From: an uncultured Bacilli bacterium
GTDB taxonomy: Bacteria; Bacillota_I; Bacilli_A; RF39; UBA660
Assembly: GCA_947632085.1 (NCBI GenBank)
Contig: CANRNY010000010.1
Span: forward strand, 2,488 to 66,487
Direction of reading: 5' to 3'
DNA: 64,000 bases
Part shown: positions 1 to 11,300 of the stretch, one piece after another
Numbering within the stretch: position 1 is the first letter of the stretch
Layout of the letters: the number at the start of each line of letters is the position of its first letter
Position numbers and translations under genes: made by a program
Notes under the pieces: generated by a model
Told to the model about the DNA's origin: nothing
Seen by the model: the letters and a program-made list of their open reading frames with translations, nothing else
Databases searched by the model: none

Positions 1-85
1 TTATTTATAATTTTCTTACTATAATGATAATACCATTTTATTGACAATATATTCAATAGCATTTTGTAAATCAACACTATGTTTA

Positions 86-120
86 CGAAAAAAGAAACAG
101 CTATTTTACAAGCTATTTCT
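86..120 (-). terminator. Rho-independent terminator closing the rSAM-uvrA operon
   Basis: Minus-strand hairpin AGAAATAGCT, 8-nt loop, AGCTGTTTCT (one mismatch), followed by TTTTTC. It overlaps the stop codon of 113..484. Confidence 0.6.
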
Positions 121-484
121 TTAAGTTTTTTAATATTTTTACTAGTTCCATAAATTTTGGTGGATAACTTAAAGCACCACTTTTATGATAATAAGTATCG
201 AATTCATCATAGAAAGCAATACGCCACATTGGTGATAAAGGGGCATGATCTTTTGTCTTATCAGGCCAATAATCAAATTCATCTAATTCTTCATATTCCC
301 AAATTAAATCATGAATCTTTTGATTAGTTTTTTCATCAAGCTCGTATTCCCATAACTCACCATTAACATCTATAACTTTAGCTTCTAAGTTAATGATAAT
401 ATAGTTCATATCTTTGTATTCTAATTCAATTCTTTTAATTTGGGGTTTGTTTTTTACTATTTTTTTTACATCTAATTCTGCCAT
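113..484 (-). CDS. Hypothetical protein (123 aa), translationally coupled to uvrA
   Basis: Intact ORF with ATG 7 nt after the uvrA stop. An AGGTG RBS lies inside the uvrA 3' end. No family recognised. Confidence 0.6.
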   Translation of the reverse strand: MAELDVKKIVKNKPQIKRIELEYKDMNYIIINLEAKVIDVNGELWEYELDEKTNQKIHDLIWEYEELDEFDYWPDKTKDHAPLSPMWRIAFYDEFDTYYHKSGALSYPPKFMELVKILKNLKK

Positions 485-491
485 TTGACAC

Positions 492-3296
492 CTATAACAC
501 TTTCTTTAACCATTCACCAGTATAACTAGTTTTTTCTTTAGCTACTTGTTCTGGTGTTCCAGTTGCTACTACTGTTCCACCAGCATCGCCACCTTCAGGA
601 CCTAAGTCAATAATATAATCAGCGACTTTAATAACATCTAAGTTATGTTCGATAACAATGACAGTATCACCATTATCGACAATTCTTTGTAAAATAACTA
701 ATAGTTTTTTAATATCATAACTATGTAAACCAGTTGTTGGTTCATCTAAGATAAAGACACTTTTACCAGTTGCTTTCTTTTGAAGTTCTTTAGCAAGTTT
801 GACACGTCCAGCTTCACCACCTGATAGGGTTGGAGCTGATTGACCTAGTTCGATATATGATAAACCAACATCCATCATTACTTGTAGTTTATTTTTTACT
901 TTAGGAATAGCATCAAAGAATTCTAAAGCTTCAGAGACACGCATATGTAGGACATCAGCAATACTCTTACCTTTAAATTTAACTTCAAGAGTTTCACGAT
1001 TATATCTAGTTCCTTTACATACTTCACATGGAACATAGACATCTGGTAGGAAGTTCATTTCAATTCTTTTTACCCCATCGCCCCAACAAGCTTCACAGCG
1101 ACCGCCTTTAACGTTAAATGAGAATCTGTTCTTACCATAACCACGCATTTTAGATTCTTTCATGTTAGCAAAGACATCTCTAATATCATCGAAGACACCA
1201 ACATAAGTAGCGGGATTACTACGTGGAGTACGACCAATTGGATCTTGAGTAATATGAACTACTTTGTCAATGTTTTCCATACCTTTTATTTCTTTACATT
1301 TACCAACTATTGTTTTAGATTTATATACTTTTTTAGCTAAAGCATTATATAAAATATCATTAACTAGAGTTGATTTTCCACTACCGGAAACACCAGTTAC
1401 ACAAATAAATTTACCTAATGGAAATTTAACATTAATATTTTTTAAATTATGTTCTTTAGCACCTTTGACTTCAAGATATAGACCATTACCTTTTCTTCTT
1501 TTCTTAGGTACTTCTATTTTTTCTTCACCAGTTAGATATTTACCAGTTAAAGAGTTAGGATTTTTCATAACTTCTTCTGGAGTTCCGGCGGCCATTATAT
1601 GTCCACCTAAAACACCGGCACCTGGACCAATATCAACTAGATAATCAGCAGCTCTCATTGTATCAGTATCGTGTTCAACAACAATTAAGGTGTTGCCTAA
1701 ATCACGCATTTCTTTCATCGAAGCAATTAATTTTTCGTTATCACGTTGATGTAGACCAATACTTGGTTCATCTAGAACATATAAAACACCAGAAAGTTTA
1801 CTACCGATTTGAGTCGCTAAACGAATTCTTTGGGCTTCACCACCAGATAAGGTACCAGCAGCACGACTTAGAGTTATATAACCTAAACCAACATTATTTA
1901 AAAATTCTAAACGATTACATATTTCTTTAACTAATAATTCACTTATTTTAGCTTGTTCTTTATTAAGTTTTAAATTTTGCATGAATTTGTATAATTCTTC
2001 AATACTTAGAGCAGTCATATCATAGATATTTTTTTTGTTAATATAAACATTTAAAATATCTTTTTTAAGTCTGGTTCCGTGACAAACTGGACATTCTTGT
2101 TCAATCATGAAACCTTCAATCCACTCTCTTATCCAACCAGCTGTTGTTTCAACTTGTCTTCTTTCTAAGTTATTGATAATACCTTCAAAGAAGTCTGTTT
2201 TCGTACGAATATTACCATTTTTTGAAATATATTTAAAATCTAGAGGTTCAGTTGAACCATATAGTATTTTATCAAGTTTTTGACGAGGTATTGAACTGAT
2301 TGGAGCATCTAGGTCAATATCATAGTGGTTAGCAACAGTTTCGACTTCAGTAAACATTGTATTTTGATCTTCTGATAATGTCGCAATACCACCTTTTCTA
2401 ATACTTTTATTAGAATCTGGGATAAGTAATTCTTCCGATACTTTCATTTTCATACCTAGACCATTACATTCTGGGCAGGCACCGAATGGTGAATTAAAGG
2501 AAAACATTCTCGTTTCTAAAGTTGGCATAGAATAATTACAGTGAATACAAGCATAGTTTTCACTCATTAGAAGTTCTTCGCCACCAATAATATTAAATAA
2601 GACCATACCATTAGCTAGTTTAGTACTAGTTTCTATTGATTCAAAAATACGCGAACGATCTTCAGCTCTTACAACAACACGATCAACTATTACTTCAATT
2701 GTATCTTTTTTATTTTTCTCTAACTTAATATCTTCAGCTAAATCGCTAACAACCCCATTTACTCGAACACGAGTATAACCTTTTTGACGTAAATCATCTA
2801 AAATAGCAACATGAGATCCTTTTTCACTACGAACTATTGGCGCCATTATTTCTATTTTTGTTCCTTCAGGGAAATCCATAATCTTGTTAGTCATTTCTTC
2901 GATACTTTGACTTTTAATAGGTTCGTGATGATTAGGGCAATAAGGTGTACCGATACGAGCAAATAATAATCTTAAATAATCATATATTTCAGTTACGGTA
3001 CCAACTGTACTACGAGGATTATTATTAGTACTTTTTTGATCGATACTAATACTTGGACTTAAACCTTCAATACTATCAACATCTGGTTTACTTGTTCCGC
3101 CTAAAAATTGACGAGCATACGCAGATAAACTTTCAACATATCTTCTTTGACCTTCAGCATAAATAGTATCAAAAGCTAAACTACTTTTACCACTACCAGA
3201 AACACCTGTCATAACAATTAGTGAATTCTTTGGCAATTCTAAATCAATATTTTGAAGATTATTTTCACGGGCTCCTTTAATGATTATCTTGTCCAT
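492..3296 (-). CDS. uvrA: Excinuclease ABC subunit A
   Basis: 934 aa. N-terminus MDKIIIKGARENNLQNI, two Walker A motifs (GVSGSGKSS and GVSGSGKST), ABC signature LSGGE twice, and zinc-finger CxxC pairs. Confidence 0.97.
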   Translation of the reverse strand: MDKIIIKGARENNLQNIDLELPKNSLIVMTGVSGSGKSSLAFDTIYAEGQRRYVESLSAYARQFLGGTSKPDVDSIEGLSPSISIDQKSTNNNPRSTVGTVTEIYDYLRLLFARIGTPYCPNHHEPIKSQSIEEMTNKIMDFPEGTKIEIMAPIVRSEKGSHVAILDDLRQKGYTRVRVNGVVSDLAEDIKLEKNKKDTIEVIVDRVVVRAEDRSRIFESIETSTKLANGMVLFNIIGGEELLMSENYACIHCNYSMPTLETRMFSFNSPFGACPECNGLGMKMKVSEELLIPDSNKSIRKGGIATLSEDQNTMFTEVETVANHYDIDLDAPISSIPRQKLDKILYGSTEPLDFKYISKNGNIRTKTDFFEGIINNLERRQVETTAGWIREWIEGFMIEQECPVCHGTRLKKDILNVYINKKNIYDMTALSIEELYKFMQNLKLNKEQAKISELLVKEICNRLEFLNNVGLGYITLSRAAGTLSGGEAQRIRLATQIGSKLSGVLYVLDEPSIGLHQRDNEKLIASMKEMRDLGNTLIVVEHDTDTMRAADYLVDIGPGAGVLGGHIMAAGTPEEVMKNPNSLTGKYLTGEEKIEVPKKRRKGNGLYLEVKGAKEHNLKNINVKFPLGKFICVTGVSGSGKSTLVNDILYNALAKKVYKSKTIVGKCKEIKGMENIDKVVHITQDPIGRTPRSNPATYVGVFDDIRDVFANMKESKMRGYGKNRFSFNVKGGRCEACWGDGVKRIEMNFLPDVYVPCEVCKGTRYNRETLEVKFKGKSIADVLHMRVSEALEFFDAIPKVKNKLQVMMDVGLSYIELGQSAPTLSGGEAGRVKLAKELQKKATGKSVFILDEPTTGLHSYDIKKLLVILQRIVDNGDTVIVIEHNLDVIKVADYIIDLGPEGGDAGGTVVATGTPEQVAKEKTSYTGEWLKKVL

Positions 3297-3813
3297 TTTC
3301 TAACACCATCCTTATTTGTTCTTTTCCTTCCTCATAGGGAACTTTATATAAATCTTTACCATATTGGTAAAATAATAACCACTTTAACATATGCTCATTA
3401 TGACGATACTTTTTTAAGTAACGTACTTTTTCATTTTCAGTTAGTTTAAAAGTCATTAAAAATTTTTGATTATTAAATTCATGATCTTTTAACATACGAG
3501 AAATTATTTCTTTACGGGATAAAAATTTATCAATTGTGATTTGAGATACTGAATACATATCATAGTAACCATTATATTCATCATCATATTTGATAATGGT
3601 GCCACTACCAGTTACTTCGGCAACACAAACTTCTTCATCTTGATATTCAAAAAAGCGAAAAACATCTGATAGATTAGCACACATATGAAAGCCATTACCA
3701 TTATTACCAAAGGAGATTGGCCCATCCATATGATAAGTTTCACCTTCGACAAAGGGTAATCCATATCTATTAGTTTTATCGTTATTAAATGCTTTATACC
3801 CTTTGACTTCCAT
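3277..3813 (-). CDS. Hypothetical protein (178 aa), possibly DUF7666-like
   Basis: N-terminus KGYKAFNNDKTNRYGLPFVEGETYHMDG...GFHMC resembles a motif I associate with DUF7666. Its 3' end overlaps the uvrA start by 20 nt, and its ATG lies 2 nt after the rSAM stop. Confidence 0.55.
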   Translation of the reverse strand: MEVKGYKAFNNDKTNRYGLPFVEGETYHMDGPISFGNNGNGFHMCANLSDVFRFFEYQDEEVCVAEVTGSGTIIKYDDEYNGYYDMYSVSQITIDKFLSRKEIISRMLKDHEFNNQKFLMTFKLTENEKVRYLKKYRHNEHMLKWLLFYQYGKDLYKVPYEEGKEQIRMVLENGQDNH

Positions 3814-3815
3814 AT

Positions 3816-4625
3816 TTACCTCCTTAAATTATAAAAATTGCATTTTTTGCATAATTCATGAATTTTTTTATTATTTAAGAAACCTTGTTTCATTTCCTTA
3901 AAAAGACTGCTATTTATTATATCACTTAATTTAGTATTGTAAATATTCCCTAAATTAATAAGACCATTACTATCTAAACAACAAGGGATTACTGTACCAT
4001 CAACTAAAATACCAATATGATCTCTTAAGCCACGACAACTACCTGTTTCATTATAATAATCATTATCATAGCTGGGCCATATAAATTCTTCTTCTGTTTC
4101 AAAATATATGTTATCAGCTAAAGACATTTTATCTTTATTAATCGTAACTTGATACTTATTATTTAGTCTTTTAATAATTTCTTGTTTATATTTACTATTA
4201 ACCCATAAACGATATGAAATATAGGTGTTATTAGTTGCTAGGTTATCAACAGTATCAAAGATATTATTCATATAGTCATCTATAGATATATTATATTTTT
4301 TAGAATAACTATGAAGAGAAATATTTATTTGGCGGACGTTAGGATTATTCTTTATTTTATTAATTAAATAACCATTAGTTGTAATATTAACATTGTACTT
4401 AGAAGAAGCTATATCTATTAAATCATTTATGTAAGGATGAAGTAATGGTTCACCCATAATATGAAAATATAAATACTTAGTATAACCTTCGATTTCCTTT
4501 AATAAGACTTTAAATTTATCTAAACTAATATATTCTTTAGGACGATTATTCTTAAGACAAAAAGAACAATCTAAATTACAATTATTAGTTACTTCGATAT
4601 AAATCTTTTTAAACATTTTAAACAC
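3816..4625 (-). CDS. Radical SAM/SPASM domain protein (269 aa)
   Basis: CNLDCSFC (CxxxCxxC) at residues 16-23. C-terminal Cys-rich SPASM-like segment (GSCRG...IPCCLDSNG...CKKC). Confidence 0.85.
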   Translation of the reverse strand: MFKMFKKIYIEVTNNCNLDCSFCLKNNRPKEYISLDKFKVLLKEIEGYTKYLYFHIMGEPLLHPYINDLIDIASSKYNVNITTNGYLINKIKNNPNVRQINISLHSYSKKYNISIDDYMNNIFDTVDNLATNNTYISYRLWVNSKYKQEIIKRLNNKYQVTINKDKMSLADNIYFETEEEFIWPSYDNDYYNETGSCRGLRDHIGILVDGTVIPCCLDSNGLINLGNIYNTKLSDIINSSLFKEMKQGFLNNKKIHELCKKCNFYNLRR

Positions 4626-4774
4626 CTTTTATATTATATCAAATAATTGTTCGTTATTAAAGTCAATTATTTATTAAATAGAATATAAATATTATATGTA
4701 TTTATATATAAATGGCTTTACTAATTTTTATAAACAATTTCTATAAAATAAAATTAATAAAAGGAATGAATTTT

Positions 4775-5110
4775 ATGAATAGAATTAAAGAATTAAGAAA
4801 GAAAAGAAATATAACACAAATAAGATTGAGTATTGCTGCAGAAGTATCTCAAGAAACAATTAGTGCTTATGAATCAGGTAAAGCTGAACCTAAAATGGAA
4901 AAGCTAATTAAGATAGCTGATTTTCTAAATACAACAACTGATTATTTATTAGGAAGAACTAATGATGATTCACCTTTGAATGATGTAATGAATAATATAG
5001 TTGATGAACAATTAACTGAATTACTTAATAATTATGCAAGATTAAATAAATTACAAAGACAAGATTTAATTTGGTATAGTAATGTAATTGAAAATAAAGA
5101 CCTTAACTAA
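4775..5110 (+). CDS. XRE-family helix-turn-helix transcriptional regulator
   Basis: RIKELRKKRNITQIRLSIAAEVSQETISAYESGKAEP is a typical HTH_3 motif. The start was moved to the ATG at 4775, which has AAAGGA about 9 nt upstream. It is divergent from the rSAM-uvrA operon. Confidence 0.85.
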   Translation: MNRIKELRKKRNITQIRLSIAAEVSQETISAYESGKAEPKMEKLIKIADFLNTTTDYLLGRTNDDSPLNDVMNNIVDEQLTELLNNYARLNKLQRQDLIWYSNVIENKDLN

Positions 5111-5117
5111 GGTCTTT
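5096..5117. terminator. Bidirectional hairpin between convergent genes
   Basis: AAAGACC, 8-nt loop, GGTCTTT, containing the stop of 4775..5110 and abutting the stop of 5116..5784. Confidence 0.5.
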
Positions 5118-5784
5118 ATTTATTGGGTTTGTTCTTTAAATTACCTATACCATCTAGTTTATCAGCTAGATTTTTTAAATCAGCAACTATTTCATCAGAG
5201 CTTTTATTACTTACTAAATCGAAGAAATCCATTTCATCACCAATAATTGATTCGTATGGATCATCAAAACTATTTTTAATAGCTGGAATAGTAATAATAC
5301 CTTTAGGATAACCAAGTAAACTATTAAAACGATTAATAGTACCAACAACTTCCATTCCCATATATTGGGATTTAATATCTAACATAGCTTCTAAACTAAC
5401 GTCCATCGTATCACTTTCTTTAGATTTTTCATCAACGATTTTCATTAAAGTTTCCATATCACGAACACCAAAGACACCAATTATTTTATCTTTATCATTT
5501 TGTTCATATTCCTCATCATCTTTCGGTTTACCACGAGCAATATGACGACTTATTAAATCTTCAGCATTAGCTAAAGGGACTTCATCATTAGTATCAACAT
5601 TTTTATACTTACCATTATCCATTAAAAGATAAAAAGATAAATAATTATCAATATAAGTATATAAAAAGGTATCATAAATAACACGTCCATCTATAATACT
5701 AGTTAAAATTGTATAGCTTTTACGAATACTATAACCAGCAAATACATATTTAGCTGGTAAGTTTTTTAACATATATCCTAACAT
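5116..5784 (-). CDS. Hypothetical protein (222 aa)
   Basis: Intact ORF 2 nt downstream of the SDR gene. No family recognised. Confidence 0.6.
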   Translation of the reverse strand: MLGYMLKNLPAKYVFAGYSIRKSYTILTSIIDGRVIYDTFLYTYIDNYLSFYLLMDNGKYKNVDTNDEVPLANAEDLISRHIARGKPKDDEEYEQNDKDKIIGVFGVRDMETLMKIVDEKSKESDTMDVSLEAMLDIKSQYMGMEVVGTINRFNSLLGYPKGIITIPAIKNSFDDPYESIIGDEMDFFDLVSNKSSDEIVADLKNLADKLDGIGNLKNKPNK

Positions 5785-5786
5785 TA

Positions 5787-6548
5787 TTAACCATTCCTTT
5801 TACATTTATTATTTTGTATATGATAAACAATTCTTAAAGATAATTTATATGGTAGAAAACGATTAAAGAAGACACCAAGTTTAACTGTTAGACCAGGAAT
5901 AATAATTAATTTATTTTTTAAACATTTATCTATACCATACTTAGCAACATATTCACTACTTAAGCCTTTCATATTAAATGAACCACCGGCTACTTTATTA
6001 AAATTAGTATTAACAGGACCAGGACATAAACAACTAATATGAACATTACTTTTTACTTTACGTAATTCTTCATAAATACCCATTGTCCATTTAGTAACAT
6101 AGTTTTTAGTAGCATAATAAGTATTTAGAACTGGACCAGATAAGAAACCAGCTGATGATGCAATATTTAAAATACGACCTTTATCTTTTTTAACCATATC
6201 TACTAAAAATAATTTAGTTAAGATATGAAGGCCTTTAATATTTAAATCAATCATCTTAAGCTCTTTATTTAAATCAGTTTCCCAAGTATTACCAAATAAA
6301 CCAAAACCAGCGGCATTTACTAATAAATCGATATCTTCATCTTTAAATTTATCATATAATTTATAACAATTATCTGTACCACATAAATCAGTAGGATAAA
6401 TAACAACATTAGTTTTTATTTGACTAGCAGTTTTTTTTAATAATGCAGCATCACGACTTACTAAAATTAAATCATAACCTAAAGTACCTAAATATATAGC
6501 CATATCTTTACCGATACCAGAACTAGCTCCTGTTACTAATGCTTTCAT
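5787..6548 (-). CDS. SDR-family short-chain dehydrogenase/reductase
   Basis: N-terminal TGASSGIGKD Rossmann motif, NAAG, and YxxxK (YYATK). Confidence 0.9.
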   Translation of the reverse strand: MKALVTGASSGIGKDMAIYLGTLGYDLILVSRDAALLKKTASQIKTNVVIYPTDLCGTDNCYKLYDKFKDEDIDLLVNAAGFGLFGNTWETDLNKELKMIDLNIKGLHILTKLFLVDMVKKDKGRILNIASSAGFLSGPVLNTYYATKNYVTKWTMGIYEELRKVKSNVHISCLCPGPVNTNFNKVAGGSFNMKGLSSEYVAKYGIDKCLKNKLIIIPGLTVKLGVFFNRFLPYKLSLRIVYHIQNNKCKRNG

Positions 6549-6604
6549 ATTATCACCTATTTATATTTTACCAAAATGAAGGAAATTAATAAATTAAATT
6601 TTAA

Positions 6605-6633
6605 AGAAAAAGAAGATAGTTTGTTTATCTTCT
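6605..6633 (-). terminator. Rho-independent terminator of the pyrophosphatase gene
   Basis: AGAAGATA, 7-nt loop, TATCTTCT, followed by a T-run on the minus strand. It overlaps the stop codon at 6625. Confidence 0.65.
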
Positions 6634-8247
6634 ATCTTCGATTTCTAATAATGGTGGCAACATCTGTTTCTTACGAGATACTACACCATCAAAATATATT
6701 CCTTGGTATATTTCATCAACACCATATGCATCTTCAATTAAGTCTTTACAATTTTCACTATAGAATAGATATGAACCATTTCGGATGACATCAGTAACAA
6801 ATAATAAAGCTATTTTAAGATTACCATATTCACACATATGATTTAATTCAGTAATAACATCTTCTGCACGTTCATGAATATCATCAAAGTCTAAAGTCAT
6901 AACTTGACTAATAGAAATTGTAGAATCGTCATATTTGAAGGTTTTCATATCAGAATGAATAATATCATAAACACTTAATTCACTAACGGTAGAAGCCGCT
7001 TTAAACATCTTCATACCATATTCATTAATATCAACGTCAGCAATTCTAGCTAGTTCATGACCTACTTTAATATCTATAGCAGTTGTTGTTGGTGATTTAA
7101 ATAATAAAGTATCAGAAAGAATAGCTGAAAGCATAATACCAGCAATATTTTTAGGTATAGGAATATTAGATTCTTTATATAATTGATAAATAATTGTACA
7201 AGTACAACCGACTGGCATACTACGGAAATTAATTGGTGTTGAGGTACCAATTGTTCCTAAGTTATGGTGATCGATTACTTCTAAGATTGAAGCTTCTTCA
7301 ATACCATCTACACTTTGCGATTGTTGATTATGATCAACTAATATAACTTGTTTACGTTCATAATTATTAGCATCAACTAAACGCATCATACCGACACAAA
7401 TACCTTTTTTATTAACAACAGGATAATTAGTATGACCTAATTTACTACTTATATCAAGGAAATCATCACGATAATCAATTGGACTAAAAGTTATAGGATG
7501 AGGATTGATATTAAGAATTTTAACGTAGTTACATAATTTAAGCATATTAGCGCATTTATAAGTACCTAGTGGAACACTGATAATGTTAACTTTATTTTGT
7601 TTAGCAAGATTTAATAAGTCATTAGTTAAGATGGCATCATTAACACAGATTAATAATTTAATACCTGAAGCGATAGCATACTCTAAAATCTTATAACGGT
7701 CACCAACAATTAAAATACTATCTTTATTTAATTGAACACGATTAATAAAGGTTTCACTTTTATAAGCGGCGGCTAAAATATGTCCCTCTATTTCATCATC
7801 AAATCTAGTTATTTCAGTACCATGTAAAGTATTAATAATATTATCGTATGTAGTATTTAAATAAGTAATATCACCATCAATTAAGAACTTAGATATCTCT
7901 TTAACGTTAACATAACCAGTTAATTTACGATGCTTATTAACTAAAGGAAAACCTGTTACTTCATCTTTAACCATAGCTTTATAAGCATCATATATAGATA
8001 TATGTTCTTCAATCATTGCTTCCTTATTATAATGCATATTACGAACTTGAACTTTTACATCATTTAAAAACTCTGGTTCATCAAAATGAAAATAATCTAA
8101 AACAAACTTAGTTTCTTTATTAAGCGTACCTAAAACACGAGGTTCCGTATTTAAACCTTGTTTATTTTTTAAATAAGATAAACTAATGCTTGCACAGACA
8201 GTATCAGTATCAGGCATTTTATGACCAAATATATAAATAGTTTGCAT
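6625..8247 (-). CDS. ppaC: CBS-domain-containing family II (Mn-dependent) inorganic pyrophosphatase
   Basis: N-terminus IYIFGHKMPDTDTVCAS (DHH family), then VDHNQ and IDHHNLG motifs. An approximately 250-aa CBS-type insertion and a DHHA2 C-terminus bring the length to 540 aa. Confidence 0.88.
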   Translation of the reverse strand: MQTIYIFGHKMPDTDTVCASISLSYLKNKQGLNTEPRVLGTLNKETKFVLDYFHFDEPEFLNDVKVQVRNMHYNKEAMIEEHISIYDAYKAMVKDEVTGFPLVNKHRKLTGYVNVKEISKFLIDGDITYLNTTYDNIINTLHGTEITRFDDEIEGHILAAAYKSETFINRVQLNKDSILIVGDRYKILEYAIASGIKLLICVNDAILTNDLLNLAKQNKVNIISVPLGTYKCANMLKLCNYVKILNINPHPITFSPIDYRDDFLDISSKLGHTNYPVVNKKGICVGMMRLVDANNYERKQVILVDHNQQSQSVDGIEEASILEVIDHHNLGTIGTSTPINFRSMPVGCTCTIIYQLYKESNIPIPKNIAGIMLSAILSDTLLFKSPTTTAIDIKVGHELARIADVDINEYGMKMFKAASTVSELSVYDIIHSDMKTFKYDDSTISISQVMTLDFDDIHERAEDVITELNHMCEYGNLKIALLFVTDVIRNGSYLFYSENCKDLIEDAYGVDEIYQGIYFDGVVSRKKQMLPPLLEIEDRR

Positions 8248-8312
8248 AATATCACTCGCCCCTATTACAAAATAAGTATAACATAAATTTAACTAAGAAA
8301 AAATATTAAGAA

Positions 8313-11300
8313 TTATTTCTTAATATTTTCTTTAGCTACAGTAAGCATTAACTTGATACGATTTATTTGATTAGTATGACTTGAACCAGGGTCATAATCA
8401 ATAGCAACGATATTAGAATCTTTATATATCGTTCTTATTTTCTTTATAACACTCTTACCAACGATATGATTAGGTAGACAAGCGAATGGTTGAACACATA
8501 CGATATTAGGTATGCCATCTTTTATTAATTCAACCATTTCAGCAGTTAAGAACCAGCCTTCACCAGTTTGATTACCAGTAGATATAATACCTTCGACATT
8601 ATTAGCTAATTCATAGATATTAGTAGTTCCACGATATCTTGTACCTTTTAATAATTTTTTAACTGGTTTTTCATATAAATCAATTACCTGTAATATTTTC
8701 TTTCTTACAAAGGAACCTAGTTTACTTAATTTTAATAATTTTTCTTTAACAATACCATTATAAACACAATATTTAACAAAGCCCATTAGATCAGGAGCGA
8801 AGACTTCAGCTCCTTCACTTTCTAGTTTTAGAACTAAGTTATCATTAGCAAAGTTATGGTATTTAACTAAGATTTCGCCAACTATACCAACTTTAGGTTT
8901 ATTAGTTAGTTTAACTTCTATTTTTTCAAAATCATCAATGATATTTTTGACATTTCTTTTATATTCAACTATACGACCTTTTTTAATGGACTTACAAACG
9001 ATTTTTAACCATTTATTATATAGTCTTTGAGTACTTCCTTTTTTGACTTCATAAGGACGAGTTGCATATAATAGTTTAGCTAGTAAGTCACCATAGACAA
9101 CTGCTTGAGCAGCTTTGTTAATAAATGATAAGCCGTATTTAAATGCTTGTTCTTTTTCAAGACCAGATGCATTTAAAGAAATAACAGATACTTGTTCAAA
9201 GTTAGCATCTTTTAGAGCTTTACGAATTAAACCGATATAGTTAGTTGCACGACATCCACCACCAGTTTGAGTAATCATAACAGTAGTTTTATCTAAGTCG
9301 TATTTACCACTTTGTAAGGCTGATATTAATTCCCCAATAACTATAATAGCGGGATAGCAAGCATCATTATTAACATATTTTAAACCTGTTTCAACAGTCT
9401 TATCAGTAGTTTTACTTAAGTAAACAGCATTATAACCTTCACTTTTTAAAAGACTTTCGAAGATAGGCATATGATTAGGAGACATATCAGGGAAAAGAAT
9501 AGTATTGCCTTTATGTTCCTTTTTAAAATAATTTTTATTATAACTATAAGTTTGATACTGATAATCATTAATACGTTTATTCATTGAAGCAATTAATGAT
9601 CTAATACGAATTTTAACAGCTCCTAAATTATTTATTTCATCTATTTTAATAGTTGTATATAGACGATTATTAGCTTTTAAGATTTCTTCGGTTTGATCAG
9701 TAACGATAGCATCTAGGCCACAACCAAATGAATTTAATTCTACTAATTCTAGATTAGGATACTGACTTACAACATCAGCGGCATTATAAACACGTGAATG
9801 ATAAGACCATTGATCAACAACTCTTAATTTAGATTTAATACGACTTAAATGACAAATAGAGTCTTCAGTAAGAACAGCTAAACCTAAACTATTAATCATC
9901 GTATCAATACCATGATTTATTTCTTTATCTAAATGATATGGACGACCAGCTAAGACGATAGCTTTTTCATTATGATCATTAACAAACTTAATAAACTCTT
10001 CACCTTTTTGTCGAACTTCCATACGATAATTACTTTGTTCGATAAAACCTTGATGGATAGCTTTCTTTACTTCTTTTAAAGTAAAATGGTATGCTTTAAA
10101 CTCTGGAAGTTCCATAAATCTTTTAACTAGTTTATCTTCTTCTAATGGTAAGAAAGGATTTATATACTTTATTTTATTTTTATCTAAATCTTCAACATTT
10201 AATCTAATACTTTCAGAATAACTTTGAACAATTGGACAATTATAATGATTATCTGATGAAGCAAAGGTATCACTTTCATACATTAAACAAGGGTAAAAAA
10301 TTGTTTTAACGCCCTTTTTAATTAAATTTATAATATGACCATGAACTAATTTAGCTGGATAACAAACAGATTCACTAGGCATTGATTCAATACCTGATTC
10401 ATATAAACTACGACTTGAATTATCGGATAAAATAACTTTAAAACCTAAATTAGTAAATATTGTAAACCATAGAGGATAATTCTCGTACATATTTAAGACA
10501 CGAGGAATACCAATAGTACCACGTGGAGCATTTTCTAATGGTTCATAATTAAATAAACGTTCATATTTCCAAGCATACATATTTGGTAACATATTAGTAC
10601 TACCATTATTCCCAGAACCTTTTTCACATCTATTACCAGAGATAAAGACTTTCTTATCAAACATATTAATTGTTAAAGCACAATGATTTTCACATCCTTG
10701 GCATCTAGTGTGATTAGTTCTGATTTTTAAATTATTTATTTCATCTAAGTTAAGAATTGAACTAGTAACATCTTGATCTTCATAGGATTTATAGTTATTT
10801 AAAGCAATTAACGCAATACCATAAGCACCCATTAAACCAGATATATCTGGTCTTATTACTTCTTTACCAGTAATAATTTCAAAAGCTCGTAGGACAGCAT
10901 CATTTAAGAAGGTTCCTCCTTGGACAACTATTTTATTACCTAAAGTAGTAATATCTCTTATTTTCATAACTTTAGTAATAGCATTTTTAATAACTGAATA
11001 AGATAAACCAGCAAATATATCAGCTAATGGGCGACCTTCTTTTTGCGTTTGTTTAATTTTAGAATTCATAAAAACAGTACAACGAGAACCTAAATCAATA
11101 GGTTGTTTAGAAGTAAGAGCAAGACGAACAAATTCGTGAACATCCATACCTAATGATTTAGCAAGTGTTTCAATAAATGACCCACAACCTGATGAACATG
11201 CTTCATTTAACATAATACTATTAACTGAATTATCTTTAATCTTAATATATTTCATATCTTGACCGCCAATATCGATAATACTTTCAACACCAGGTAGAAA

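Noticed and set aside
1264-3449. Plus-strand ORFs 1264..1644, 1658..1930 and 3252..3449 from the six-frame track
   Set aside because: They lie entirely antisense to, or overlapping, the well-supported uvrA and 178-aa genes. They have low-complexity, unrecognisable sequences and no RBS. These are typical shadow ORFs.
3816-4625. Radical SAM gene next to uvrA considered as spore photoproduct lyase (a DNA-repair rSAM enzyme)
   Set aside because: The CxxxCxxC cluster sits at the extreme N-terminus and the C-terminus is Cys-rich and SPASM-like, which fits peptide or protein-modifying rSAM enzymes. The protein is also shorter than SplB. I saw no SPL-specific features.
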